From positions 124,001-188,000 of the forward strand of contig JAMDHS010000022.1 in assembly GCA_029717555.1 (NCBI GenBank): a stretch of DNA of 64,000 nt. The letters are read 5' to 3'. Origin of the DNA: Peribolospora baueri (lineage: Eukaryota). A program made the position numbers and the translations under genes. Under the pieces are notes generated by a model, which worked only from the letters and a program-made list of their open reading frames with translations, had not been told where the DNA came from and searched no databases. Numbering within the stretch: the stretch's first letter is position 1; every line of letters starts with the position of its first letter. Positions 23,139-37,564 of this stretch are shown in pieces.

Positions 23139-25403
23139 CTAGGCGCCAATGAGCATCCTCTCCGGGTTCTCGAGGAACGTCTTCAAGCGGACTGTGTGCC
23201 CAAGAGACAAGCCGTGCAACGGACCGTAAATCAGTGGTGGAACGGAAAAGCGAAGACGTCTGTGCGCGGATATGATTCAAAAACGTTCGAGCGGACGCAC
23301 CGAGGAAGGTGACGGCCTCACGGCCGTCGAGAAGCCTGTGATCGTATGTGAGGGCAACGACCATGATGGGCCGGATCTCGACCTTGCCGTTGACGACCCA
23401 TGGCTTCTCCTTGATCGCGTGCATGCCTGCAAACGGGGAGACGCTGGGGTGAGCAGTTCTGATCTAGTCATGGCGAACGGGACACGATCGAGACTTACCG
23501 AGGATGGCCGAGCCGGGAAGGTTCAGGATAGGCGTGCCGAACAGAGAGCCAAAGACACCACCGTTGGAGCTGTGTCGTGGAAGCGGGGCGGGAGGCACGA
23601 AAGAGAAGGGAGGCTTCAGCTGCCGTTGTCGCTGCGAGGTTTCCTCTCACAGGAGAAGAAGTCGGAGGGGAAGACGCTCACATTGTGAAAGTGCCGCCGG
23701 CCATATCCTCGAGAGTGAGCTTGTTGTCACGAGCCTACAAATACGACGGGCGAGAGCGGACGCGAACCGCATGAGTACAGGCGCATGCGTCAAGAAAGGA
23801 CATGACGCAACAGCGACTCCACTGCTCACCTTCTTGCCGAGCTCAGCAATGGCCTTCTCGATCTCGATCATGGACATGCCCTCCACGTTCCTCACGACCG
23901 GGGTCACAAGACCCTTGGGGGTCGCGACGGCGACGGAGAGGTCGACGTAATCGTTGTACACGATCGTGTCGCCAAATCCGTCTCCTTCGATGCGGCCGTT
24001 CGCAGCAGGAATCTCCTTGAGGGCGAGACAAGAGGCCTTAGCGAAAGCGGACATGAAGCCGAGCTTGACACCGTGCTGCTCGAGGATGGCGTCCTTGTTA
24101 CGCTTGCGGACTTCCATGATCGCGGACATGTCAATCTCGTTGAACGTCGTAAGCGAGGCGGCCGTGTTCTGGGACTGCTTCAGACGCTCGGCGATGCGTC
24201 GGCGCATCGTGTTCATCTTGACCTGTGGGATGCAGAAAGAGACGTCCAAGCCCATCGGATCGGATATAATGTTTAGCCACCGGTCGGCTGGCTCTGTATG
24301 CGACAGAAGGGAACGGGGAGACGCCGCTCACCCTAGTCTCTCCACGGTTTCCACCCGTCTGCTTAGCCTCCACCTTTGGCGGCGTCTTCTTCGGCTCCTG
24401 CTTCTTCGGCGCCTCCTTCGGAGCAGCCTCGGGCTGCCTCGGCTGCTCCGTCTTTTGCGGCTGCGGCGCAGGCTTCTTGTCCTCCTTGGCAGGCGCCGGA
24501 GGCTTGTCCTCCTTTTTCTCCTTTGGCGGCTCTTCCTTCTTGGCGCCTGATCGAGGGAAGAGGGCACGACAGAGAGGCCTTAATCAGCGTCACCCTTGGG
24601 CTATCGAGGTGGAAAACCACAAGGGCGAAGCCGGCACTCACCGCCAGCGGGGGCCTCTCCAGGCTCAATCTTGCACAGGTCGTTTCCGACCGTGACGGTG
24701 TCCTCCTCGTTGGCGAACGTTTCCACGATGGTACCCGCGTGCGGCGCATTCACTGACACGTCGATCTGCGCGACGACCGAGGATCACCAGGTGCAAAGGC
24801 GGACGGACATGATGACACGCACTTGGAGAGGAAGATACGGCAAAAAGAGCGGCCTACCTTGTCCGTCTCAATCGTGGCGATCTCTTCATCCGCCTCGACA
24901 TAGTCGCCTTTCTTCTTGCTCCACTGTTTCAAAGTGCCCTCGGTGATCGACTCGGCCATCTGGGGAACCTTGACGACCTCTGCGCAGGCGCGGGGGCCAA
25001 GAAGGAAGATAGAAGCGTGAGCCAGGGCGGGGCGAGATAGACACTAGGGAGAGGTACATGCACTTACCACGGCGAGCAACAGACATGTGAAAGCTAGACA
25101 GAATCGGAGAAGGCCAAATGAGCATCGAGGCGCCCCTAAAGTGCCCGACCCAGCGCCGACGAAGGTGGTAAGGCGGGAAAGCACTCACGCATTGAGGCGA
25201 CCGCTGAGCTGGACGCCCATGCATTTTGAGGCAGCGCTGAAAGGAGATCGAGAGGACGTCGACCTTGTGGACGCCGGAGAGAGGGTGAGGAAGGAGCGGA
25301 CGGCGGCGGCCTGGGGCGCGGCGGTCGCGGCGGTGGCCCTTGCGAGAGGGGCGCGAGGGGCGACGCAGGCGGTGCGCCGGAGAGCTGCTTTGGAAGCGAG
25401 CAT
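23139..25403 (-). CDS. KGD2: Mitochondrial 2-oxoglutarate dehydrogenase E2 (dihydrolipoamide succinyltransferase), 10 exons
   Basis: Arg/Ala/Ser-rich presequence. Lipoyl domain [23 protein letters not shown]. Also [43 protein letters not shown] and catalytic [14 protein letters not shown]. Ends [11 protein letters not shown]. Confidence 0.98.
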
Positions 25404-26047
25404 GACAAAAAGGAGGGAAGGGGGTAACGAGGATAGGAAAGAGAGAAGGGCGGCGGGGGTTGCGAGGGGATGGATGACTGTCTTGAGAAGAAAGATCTCT
25501 CCAGTCCTGACTGCTTGTCTGTCTGTCGGTCGTCTCCGTCTCCGAACGACCGCGACGCTCGCGGCCGGTTGCCGCCGCCCGTCGCCGCCGCCGCCGCGCG
25601 CTGCCTGCCGGTCGCCGTCATGGACCGTGTCGGGTCGGACGAGGCGAGCAGAGGGGCGGAGAAGGTCGGACAGAAGCGGCGGGAGGCTCCGGGCGAGGAA
25701 AGGAACCGGAGCGTGAGAATAGCGCAACCCTAACTTGTCTTCCTCAGCCTTCCTTTGCCTTCCTTGCGGTGCCTCCAGCCGCCCTGGCGGACGTCGGCGG
25801 TCCCAGACAGAGCAGAGCCAGCGAGCGGGCGCGTCAGCGGCAAGTCAAGCGCCCGGCCGAACGGCGGCCGCTCTGATCGAGCGAGTCGAACGACGACGAC
25901 GACGACGACCGACGACAACGACCACGACCACCACCATCACCATCATCACCACCACCATCTGCCCCATCCCGTCCCTACACCCCTCCTCTCCCTCCGTCTC
26001 TGCCCTCGTGCCTCCTCTCGTCTTCTCCTCATCGTAAGCAAACAAAG

Positions 26048-26298
26048 GTACGTGCCATCCGCCACCGCTTCCTCTACCTGCCCGTCCCGTACCCATCCCC
26101 TTGTCCAAGTGGACGGAGAGACGAACGAAACAAACCAAACGAAACGAGGCGGAACGGAACTGAAGGGCAGCCTACATTTGGCTGCCTTTGCATTCGTCGC
26201 CACTTTCTATCCTGACACCTTGCCATCGTCTCGTCTCTCCCCTCGTCCGTCTCGCCCTGCTTCTGCCCTCGCCGTCGCCGCCCCTCTCCCGCCGTCAG
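26048..26298 (+). other. Probable 5'UTR intron of UBC4
   Basis: Donor AAG|GTACGT at 26048, branch-like CCTGAC at ~26211, pyrimidine tract, and CAG ending 26298, 6 nt before the ATG. Confidence 0.6.
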
Positions 26299-26304
26299 CC
26301 GGCA

Positions 26305-27423
<1,119 letters not shown>

Positions 27424-27894
27424 TCTCCTTTCGAGGTCATTGTGTTCTTTCGGCCCTTCTCATTCCGCTCGGCAGCGTGGCGGGGGAGGCGCTGGCTGTG
27501 TCCATCTGGCTCCATGTGCGATCACATGTCTCGTAGTCGATCATCGTTGGTGGATCATAGTCTTTCGTCACCTCTGTCTGTCGTCGTCCGGCTCGTCCTC
27601 TCCGCTTTCTTTTTCGTATCTTGTCACTCGTCAATCGTCCCGTCACGCTCCTTCCCACCCCGCGTCCCTCTTATGCCGTCCCAACTCGTGTGTATCTCCA
27701 CAAGCCAAGCCAACCTAGCGCAGCCATGCGTCATGCTCGTCACGTGTTCCTCCTCGACGTCAGTGAGCCGGGTTGCCGTCTAGTGTATCAACGGTTCGGT
27801 GACCATAACTGGGACTGCCGTGGTACAGTTTGTGAGAGGAGGATCGTTGCAGGCAGCGGTCGAAATGGGACGAGGACGTCGATCTAAAATAAAA

Positions 27895-29510
27895 CTATCT
27901 CTCGCGCTCGCCGCTCGCCGCGTCTCCGTCTCCCGCCGTTTCCTTGAAGCCCATCTTCTTCTCCCCTCCCGCCTCCGCCTCCGCCTCCGCCGCCGCTTCT
28001 TGGCGCGCGACGGCGGCGTCGGCCAAACTACGCACATTCATCTTTTTGAACCTCTCGTATCCGCTCAGCACGCCGATTCCGCACACGTTCTTGAGCACCT
28101 CTACTACGACGAGAAGGTCGGGTGACTGGAGGTCTACGGCGTGTTTTTGTTCGAGGTGGGGTTTTGGCTGTTGGGGTTGCGGTTGCGGTTGCGGTTGTGG
28201 TTGCGGTTGCGGTTGGGATCGGTCGTCTTGGACGGGGACGGGGTCGGGCGGAGGAAGAGGAAAAGTGGTAGAAGGAACACAGGAGGCGATGAGGGGAATG
28301 AGAAAGTCACGGGTGAGGACGTTGTGGGAGCGGATGCGCGGGTCGATCTTGTACTGTTTTCCGTTCCGTCGAGCGAGCGAGGCGAAATAGAAAAGCGAGG
28401 AGAGAGAGGAGAAGGAGAAGTGAGAAGACGGGGCAGGAGGAAGAGAAAAGCTTCGTGGGCGACAACTCACCGTGCGCGCCCGCTTTGGCTCTGGGTCGTC
28501 AAAAAAGCGGGGCAGGAGGGCGGTGGCCATGGTGCGGATGTCGTGTTCGTTGGCCAGACAGACGTCGGCTACGGGGGAAAGGCGAAGGACGAAGCTGAGG
28601 GAAGGAGGAGGAGGGTTGGGATAAGGGCGATGAAGATAGATAGATGCCCTCTGCTCGGGCGCACACTCACCGCGTCCGAGCCTTGCCCGTCCTCTCCACC
28701 TCTTCCAGCATGGCGTACACCAGCTCGAAGGGGTCTACGGGAGGTGCGCAGCTGAGAAAGAGGACTAGCGAGCGTTGGAATTCAAGAAAGGGTCAGAAAA
28801 AGTCAGGTCAGTCCGTTCGCCCACTCCGTGGGGATGGAAAGCAAGACTGGACTGGCGACTGACGGCACTCGGTTCCCGTGTCGACGTTTTCGAACCTCCG
28901 TCGACCGGCCTTGGGCTTCCTCATGCCGTCCAGCTCGCTGGCGACCTGCGCTGCGATATCGACGACGACGTCCGCCCCTTTCTCTTCGTCGTCGTGCTTT
29001 GTAGCGGTGGAGGTCCCGTTGGGAGGTTTTGCAGCCTCCTCGTCGTCGTCGTTGTCGTCGTCGTGGGGTGGGAGATTGGACGTGTCTTCCGGGCCATAAA
29101 GTCGATCGGCCACCTATGATTCAGTCGTGCCAACGTCAGCCACATACTTTACATTGCGTCGCGTCGCCTGTCTTGGCACTCACATCGTTCATGAAATCGT
29201 ACATCTCCCCAAGCGCCCGCTTCTCCTTGGCCCGCACGCACGTCACGAACACGCCAGGGCCCGCGATCTGTGTCGCTGCCATGCTGATTCGGGTGCCTTC
29301 CTGATGGGGAAGGGGAGGGGGGACGTGGTGAGGTCGGAGCGTGGTTAGGTCTCCCTTTTTCCTTTCCTTCTTTTCGAATTCCGGCACTCCTCGGTCGCTC
29401 ACCTTTGTGTACCTCACTTTCTTCTTCTGTGCCTTTCCCTCCCCTCCTCCTCCTCCGTCTCTTCCCCTTCCGCCGCCGCCGCCGCCGTGTTTCCTCTTGC
29501 CGGGGGCCAT
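27895..29510 (-). CDS. TAN1: THUMP-domain tRNA acetylation adaptor (Tan1/THUMPD1), 6 exons
   Basis: Motifs GPGVFVTCVRAKEKRALGE, RFENVDTGTEC|LLFL, ARTR|FVLRLSPVADVCLAN, YKIDPRIRSHNVLTRD and VDLQSPDLLVVVEVLKNVCGIGVL..FKKMNV. Confidence 0.9.
28175..28215 (-). repeat. (CAACCG)n hexamer repeat encoding (QP)n inside the THUMP domain
   Basis: GGTTGC repeated ~7 times on the + strand. Confidence 0.88.
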
Positions 29511-30573
29511 GTCGGTGTCGGTGTGGTGTCGGCGGCCGAACGAGATCGGCGTCGGGATCGATCGTCCCCGCCGGGTGCGCCGTGTCGATCGCGAAAAGGG
29601 CTTTTGCCGTGCCGTGCCGTGGGATCGCGCTGGATCGGGTCGGCGTAGGTAGGGTCTGACGGGAGGGGTGGCTACGGTGGAGCAAAAAGCTGGTCGTCGT
29701 CGTCGTTCTTCTTCCTCCTTTCCTTCGCCGCAGCAGGGGTTTGCTTGTACGTCGCTCTCTTTCTTTCACTTGCTTGCGCGAGGCTTGGTGCTTATTTACG
29801 TGTGTGAGCGTGTGACTACGGACGGAGCGGAGGCAACGCGCGTGCGCGCCGCTCGACCGAACCAGTCGGGTTGTCGTCGGTGTGCTTGCTTGCTTTTTTT
29901 GCCTGTCTAGCTCTCCTGTCGTCGGGGAGTAGATGGGAGTGCGAAGCGGGGCGATGGGACGGTCGAATGCCTCAGCGGAGGAAGGAAGAAGACGGGACGG
30001 CTCTCGATATGATGCGCTCGACCGTCGACAGCCACCCGAAAAATTCGTCCGAGCCGAGCCGACGGTCGAGTCGAGTCGAGATGGACGCGTCGGAGTGAGA
30101 GAGCCGTCGACCTTCGTCGTCACCATCGTCACCACCACCATCATCATCACCACCACCACCACCACCGTCGTCATCGACGTCGCCGCCGCCGTCACCACCG
30201 CCACCACCACCACCATCCCCACCATCCCCCCTCGCTCACCCGGCCGCCCCTTCATGTCATCGACGCCCCCCTCCTCGCCCCTCTCCTCCGCTCTTTACCG
30301 CCCCCGCTCTTTCTTTCCCGCCCCAGCCTTCTGACCACCTCCCATCTTCCCTTCCCTCCCCTACCATCCTCCGCACACCCTACAACGTCCTACACCCTAA
30401 CACGCCGTCTGTCCTTGCGCTGCGCGCCTCGTCCCCTCTCCGCCCTCTTCGCCCTCCCCATCCCTCCGCCCACGCCCCCGTCTCGGTCTGGCTCCCGCTC
30501 CGCACGCATAGACCCCTTTCACTCCATACTCAACATCAACGTCGCACGACGCTACGCGGAAAGCAACCAGGCG

Positions 30574-33500
30574 ATGGTCCATGGAGGCGAGCCGGGCTCC
30601 TCGGGCGCTCCTCACCCTCCTCTCCCTCCTCCCGTCGCCGTCGCCGCCTCCGACGGTGATGCGCACCCCGCCCAGCTCAATCCACACGCCTCAGCACAAG
30701 GCGCTTCCTCCCCCTCCTCCGTCGACGCTGGTCAAGGTGGCGTAGGCCGTATCGCGGGCGACAAGCCGGTCGTCGCTGTCGAGGTAGAGAAGCAATCCCG
30801 TCGTGCGCCTCCGCAGACGCCTGCGCCGCACCCTCGGGCCGACGACGACGGCAATGAGGCGCCACCTCCTAGGCCGCCTCCGCAGCCGTCTTCTTCTACT
30901 CCCGCCCCGTCCCTCTCTCTCCCATCCGCCCGTTTCGAGCCGGATGAGATCGAAGAGGGAGAAGAGGTCGAGAACGCCCCGCCCGTCGTACCTCCTTCCT
31001 CTTCTCGCGCCGCCGTGGCAAAGGTGTCCGTGGAGGGCCGGGACGCACCCGGGGAGAGGGAAGAAGGTGAGCATGTCAAGCAGGAGGAGACGCGTCCCGA
31101 GCTCGGGCCGCCAGCCGCCAAGGGGGACGGCCCAAGGGGCGCCAGGAGGGTTTCCGACGGCCACGATCCTAGGACCCAGGCTGACTCCAATCCCAGAGGT
31201 CGCGGCCAAGCGGATCAAGCAGTGAGTCCTTCCTTTCTTGTTGTACCGGTGATGGTTTTCGTCGCTGGATGGCCAGACCGTAGATCGAAACGAGCTGACG
31301 GACGCACGATCTCATCCCGTTCGCGCGTGTACCCTCCCGTCCAGTTGCGTCCCACCCCATCTGGTGCCACCGCACTTGGTCGCTCTCCGCCTCCCTTCCT
31401 CCCTGCCCGACCACCCGACCTCCGCGACGATCAGCTGCCCGGAGGCGGCCCCGGTTTCGCCCGCTTCCCGCCTCACGGTCGCCGTCAGAGTTACTCTCCC
31501 GGCCACGCCCGACATCCCAGCGGTGGCGGTGGCGGTGGTGCCGGCGCAGGAGGATCGGCCGACCTCCGCCTCTCCCCTCCGCCTCCGCCTCCTCGAGATC
31601 GTCCGGGATATGACGAGTATTTCTACCGCCCCCCTCTCAGCTCCAGGGGCCTTTCCGCTTCCTCCTGGTCTCGGAGGGACGATCTGCAGGACCCGCACTC
31701 GCGCTTGTCTTCTTGGCGAGGCGAGCGGGATTGGGAGAGAAGACCGCTAAGCCCGTTGGGCTCCTGGCGCAATTCAGGGCCCGCTCCCGGCCCCGGCCTC
31801 AGTTCTGGCCTCGGCCCTTGGGACGAGCGGGAGCGGGAGCGGGACAGGTTGCGCGGGGACAGGATGGCGGAGTGGGAGATGGAGAGGGAGCGTAGCCGGA
31901 GGGAGAGGGAATGGGACAGGTGGAGGTGGGAGTGGGACGTGGAGCGGGAGAGGGGGAGAGAGAGGGAGAGGGAGGAGAGGTGGAGACATCCGCTCGACGC
32001 AGATCGCGCTTGGGGCGATCGGTGAGTGACATCCTCCGACATCCTCATGTTGTTTCATCGTTTCCTTCTGGAGGCGGATAAGGGGGTCGAGTGATCTGAT
32101 GACCGTTTGCCCCGTTCCCCCGTTTGCATTTCTTTTCTTTCCGCTTGCATCACATTTAGCGCCCTGCCTCCCCGAAGCCGCGAATCCACGCCGGGCGCTC
32201 GAAGGGGCTCAGCGGCGTCCAACCCGACGACGGCCAACACTGAGGTCCGCCGCGCCTCCTCGCCCATTTTTTGCCACAGCGCGCTCGCCGTCTCCGGAGG
32301 AGGAGGTGGTGGCGCATTTCGCCAGACTACGCCTACGCCGACACTATCGGCGAGGGAGGACCGATCCGCTCGGGCCGGAACTGGAACTGGGGCTGCTCGC
32401 GGAACTGGACCTGGACCTAGACAGGGTCGGCGAAGTGGCCATCACGTCCGGCACGCGTCCGATCCCGTCTTTGTTGGCGTCGGCGCCGTCAGCTCGCTAT
32501 CGTCCTCCTCCTCCTCCTCGGCTTCGGCTTCGGCGTCGGCGGAGGCAGAGGCTGGACCGCGGAAGGAGCGTGCTCGGGGAGAGGTGGCGGTCAAGGTTGA
32601 CGTTTCGCTCTCGTCTCCCGCTGATCGGCGTCGGCCGTCGGAGGGGAACGGGGAGGGAGAGCGGGCTCCGGCGCCGTCGTCATCGTCTTTGTCGTCCCTT
32701 TCTGGAGGAAGGACCGGAAACGCCGGGCAACTTTCGCCGCCGCCTCATCCTCCTCCTCCTCAGCGGCAATCGGAACAAGTCGCAGAGTCTGCTGCTTTGT
32801 CGCCCACGACGGAACGGCAACGGGGGATGGAGGCGGTCCCGGAACCTCGCGCGTCTCCTCCCGAACGGCAGATGGAGGAGGATGTGAAGATGGAAATGGA
32901 ACAGGTGAAAGTTAAGCAGGAGCGGAAAGAGATGGAGGATAAAGACGTAGAGGTGGAGATGGAGATGGAGAACGAGGAAAGGAGCAACGATGCGCCCGCT
33001 CATGCCGCCGTCTTTCCCGCACCTCCCGCTCCTGCCACTGATGAGGTTCAGTTGCCTGATGGTGACGTCGAGATGAAGGAAGTGGGGGCCCCAACTCAAG
33101 AGACCGTGGCCTCTGGTATCAAAGAAGAGCCCTCTCATCTCCAAGAAGAGCCCTCTCATCCATCGGGCGATATCAAACCAGCGGAAGCTCGACAGCCCAG
33201 CCAGGTGAACCTCGAGGAAAGGGTGATTTCAGACAACGTCACGCCCGTCGTGAGCCACTCCTTGTCACTCGACCCGACGGAGGCGACGACTCTACACACC
33301 CCTGCGCCGGCGCCGGCGCCGGAAGACACTCGCTCAACCATGCCGGATGCACCTCGCCTTCCCCAAGTCGCCGGAGAGGACCGCCCTCGATCTCCAGTTT
33401 TAGACGACGTCCCTCGTGCTGTGCCTCTTTCGCCGCCTCCGGCAACGGACGAGCCGATCTCACACGAACCCGAGCGGGCGAATGAAGATGGCGCTGTCGG

Positions 33501-36500
33501 CGAGCCCGCAGCAGATGCGTCTCGGCCTCAGCCTCAGCAAGTCGTTCAGGAGGAGACTATTGAACCGCCAGCTCCCGAGGACGTCATGCCCGTCGCTGGC
33601 CGTCTGTCGCCTCAAATGGTCTCTGACTCGACCACGCAAGTCTCTGAACGAGCACCAGAACAGGGAAACATCACCGAAACGACACAGGTCTCCCCCGCTC
33701 CTTCTGCACCTACGTCATCCTCGTCCAGTCAACGACCCCCGGAGGTGCCCGAGTGGTCGCGTCAAATCTCCACCACTCTGTCTTTCCTCGTCACGCCGCC
33801 GTCCCCGTCCTCGTCCTCGTCCCGAGATCCACTTGCACTTGCAGCTTCTGCGGGGCGCGGCGTAGAGCCGAAGCCGACCTTGGAGGACGGAAAGGAGGAG
33901 GAAGCTAGTCGGCTAATGTTTCCGGTGGAGATGCTTGCTATGGAGGATGGGAAAGAGGAGGATGCTGGCCGGTCGACGTTGTCAGCGGAGCCGCCTTTTG
34001 TGGAGGACGGCAGAGAGGAAGCTGGTCAGCTGAATTCGTCAGCAGGGCCAGCAGAGTCAGCGGAGCCGCCTGGCGAAAGCGTTGTCCAGCCGATCGTGCA
34101 GGAGGACGTCATCACTGCGAAGACCGAGGATGACCGGGAAGCCGCCTTCCGACTGGCCATCAAGCTCTGTGCGACGACGGTTCGCCGAGATCCGGATGAC
34201 GTGGATCACGTTTTTGGGCCGAATAGACTCGTCGTCTATGAGGCTCACCAACCGGATCTGGACATGGAGCCGGAGGGTGTGCTCGAGGACACGTTCGCCG
34301 AGGACGTCGACAATTACGGCACTCAGCGGGCACGCGGAAAGCTCTTTCGATACTTGCGCGCTCAAAGATCTCGGATCAACGACAAGGTCGCCGTCCTGCG
34401 CCAGCAGTACCGCTTGCTCAACGACGAATGGCGGATTCACTGCGCCAAACTCGATCGTCTCAAGGAGCGTCAACAGCAAGTGCGCAGGCCGGGCGCCGCC
34501 ACGCCGCTTAAATCTCCTGGCCTGCCGACGGAGGAGGGTGCGAGCGGGCTTTCAACGTCAGCGAGGGTGAGCCGTCGAAACGCCAATGTGCCATTCGGGT
34601 TCGGAGACGCTGTTCGCTCCGAAGCCGAGTTTCTCGAGATCCTCGCCTCGCTAGAAGACGCCGATCTGCGCGATCCCAACCTTCGCGCCATGCGCACTAC
34701 CGCCGTCGTACCGGACATGATGCTCAGAACGGATGATAAGCCGCTTCGAAACGAGTTTGACGACTGGTCCGGCTACGTTAGCGACCCGGCCGCCCAGCTC
34801 GAGTCACAGCCTGACATCAGCGACTGGACAGAAGAGGAACGGCAGATCTTTATCAAGAAGTATACAACGTATCCGAAGCAATTCGGCAAGATCGCCTCCT
34901 TCTTGCCGGAAAAGACAGCGAGCCAGTGCGTCGTGTTGTACTACGCCATCAAAAAGTCAGGCGATGTCGATTTCAAAGGCTTGGCAGCGGCGAAGGGTCG
35001 AGATGGTCGCAAGCGGGCGAAGCGCAAGCCCAAGAAAGCCAAGGCGTCTGCCCTCATGGCCGACCTCAAGCCGATTCGCAACGAGGACATTGAGGACGAC
35101 GAACAACAGCAACAGCAAGGTTCGCCCGCCGAGTCCCCTGCCGGCGATGCGCCGCCGCCGCCGCCGGCATCCAAGCGTGCTGCTCGAAGTCGGCTGCAGT
35201 CGGTCGCTGAGGGCGATGATGTCTCCCCGAATGCCCTTTCACGCAAGCGCGGCGTCGACGGCGTCAATGGCCCCGCCGAGAACGAGGTGGAGACCGTACC
35301 GCCCGCTCGACGGCCAGCCGCCCGTTCGTCCAAGAGAGCCAAGGTGGATAAAGACGGTCAGGAAGCTAAACCCCGCCGTGCCGGGAGGAAGGCGGCAGAG
35401 GAAGCGCCTCCCCAACCGTCGACTCCCACCGAGGCTCCTCCTGCCCAGCCGACGTCAGACGACGTTGCGGAGAGTCAGAGCGCTCTCGCCGCCGCAGAGG
35501 CTCTCGGCGCCCTGGCTGGCATGTCGGTAGGCCAATTCATCGATCCTTCGTCTTCGCCAGCTTTGTCGGTCCAACCTGCACCCCAGGAGGGCGAGGAGGC
35601 GAGCAAGATGACGGGTCGGAAGCGGAAGAGTCGCCCTTCCACCGTCGAAGGCGCGGAGGACGCGGAGGGCCAAGAACGGCCGACAGCTCGGAAAAAGTCG
35701 ACGACAACGTCCTATTGGTCCGTCGCGGAGCGTAGCATGGTGCTCAGCGGTCTGGCTCAGCACGGCAAGGACTTCCATCTCATCGCGTCGGGCCTCGAGA
35801 ACAAGTCGCCTGCTCAGGTGCGCAACTGGATCGCCAAGCATGCTGAGGAGCAGGACGTCGCCCAGGCATTGGCAATGTTCGCCAACGCAGCGGCCGGGCC
35901 GGACTCCCGTGGCGTTCATGGCGCTCGTGGACACGGTCTGCCTTTGTCACAAGCTTACGACGATCACAAGAGCCCTGGCGTTGGACCCCGAGCGGGTTTC
36001 TTCATGCCCGCCGGCGCCCATGCCCTCGTGTCTCCTCCCACCGGTCCCCTGAAAGGCCCGCCAGTGCCTTCTTTCCAGGCCCTTCCTCCTTTGTGCTCGG
36101 ACGATGATCTACCCCAACCGTCGACGGCCCATCGAGGATTACAGATTCACAGCTTGCTAAACGACGATGTCCCACCGGAAAGGCCCCGCGACAAGCGAGC
36201 AGCCTACGACGAGTGGTTTGGCACGCGACACTTGCCTACCTCCCGGACGTCTGTTGCGGAACATTTGCGCGAAGACGACGGAGGAGACGATACGGAGGAT
36301 GAGACGGTGGGCCGCGGGTATGGTAGGTCTGTACCATACGACCCGGCGAGGGATGCGTCTCCGTCCGAGCACCGGTATCCACCCCATCCACCCCACATGG
36401 CGTATCCCTCTCGTTCGACCATGCCGCCGCCGTCAGCGTACCTACCCAAGCACGTCTACTCGGATCAAGCGTCGGCTTACCACGCTTACTACCGTTCAGA

Positions 36501-36952
36501 CGGCCCTCCGCGGCCGTCCGGTGCGCCAATGCACACGACGCACCCCTCGTATGACGCTCGAGGATCGCCGCCGACCGAGTCGAGTCCTCTGCCACCGCCG
36601 CTGCGGGGAGCGTACGCCTACCCAGGCGCCTATCCATCGTCTCGCGCGACGGTCTCCCCCTATGCGTACGCCGAATCTTCCGCATACTCTCGCCCTTCTT
36701 CCTCGCCAGCGGCACCGACGTCTGCCTCGTCTCAGTCGACCATGCATCCCTCAAGCTATCCGCCGCCGCCGCCGCCTCTGTACGCGCCGGGGGCATATGC
36801 CTATGACCCTTATCGTCCTCCGGGTAGTCATCCTTCTTCGTCCTATGCCCCTCCTTCGACCGTCTCTTTACCTCCTCCGCCCGGCACGTCTGCCTTTGCT
36901 TGGCGGTCGCAACCGGCAGCCTCGTCGTCCCAACATCCGCAGCAGCAGCAGC

Positions 36953-36989
<37 letters not shown>

Positions 36990-37050
36990 GCAGCAGCAGC
37001 AGCAGGGCCCGCCGGGGCAAGGCCAAGGTCATGAACGGCGGCCGTCATAG
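30574..37050 (+). CDS. SNT1: N-CoR/Snt1-like double-SANT HDAC-complex subunit; exons ~30574-31221, 31345-32021, 32160-37050
   Basis: SANT1: DWTEEERQIFIKKYTTYPKQFGKIASFLPEKTASQCVVLYYAIKK. SANT2: YWSVAERSMVLSGLAQHGKDFHLIASGLENKSPAQVRNW. Also GDAVRSEAEFLEILASL and a preceding coiled coil. The start codon is inferred. Confidence 0.85.
33880..34050 (+). repeat. Degenerate ~60-nt coding repeat x3 (EDGKEE(E/D)A.R..); 21-nt duplication (EEPSH) at ~33122-33160
   Basis: GGAGGA(C/T)GG recurs at ~60-nt spacing, and AAGAAGAGCCCTCTCATC occurs twice. Confidence 0.7.
36940..37005 (+). repeat. CAG/CAA microsatellite encoding Q22 near the SNT1 C-terminus
   Basis: 66 nt of CAG/CAA codons in frame. Confidence 0.95.
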
Positions 37051-37564
37051 GATCCTCTGCGCCCCGCGTGTGGTGAAAAGGCGCTCCCATCGGCCTTGGG
37101 CCGTCCTTGTCGTCCTCCTCGCCCCCTTGCATCCCCCTACTCTTTTGTTTCCTCGCTTTCGCCGCGACGTCCCGCGGCGCGCCGCCTTGCCTGCGTCCGT
37201 CGGTCGCCTCTTCGTGGCTTTACCTATATACGTGCTCCCACGTTGCCCCGTACTCGCTCGCGTCTTTCTTTCCTCGTCCGTCTGTCTGTGTCCACGGTTT
37301 CGTTCTAGGTCGATCGATTGGCTGTACTACTAGCGCTCTTGTGTTTGTGAATTGAAGTCGAAGCAAGCTCAACTTGGCATGGCACGCCAGTCCGAGTGCT
37401 TGTCGCTACGTTCATCCCGAGCGAGAACGCAAGGACTAACTGCATGGGCCACGTGGAGGACGAGCGAGGGACGCACGTGCGCGCCTGAAGGACGCGTCGA
37501 CGCGGTCGGCTGCGGTCTGGCGGAGGGAAAGCGAGTGGGCGGGGCCACTCGGTGACGGTGGTAG

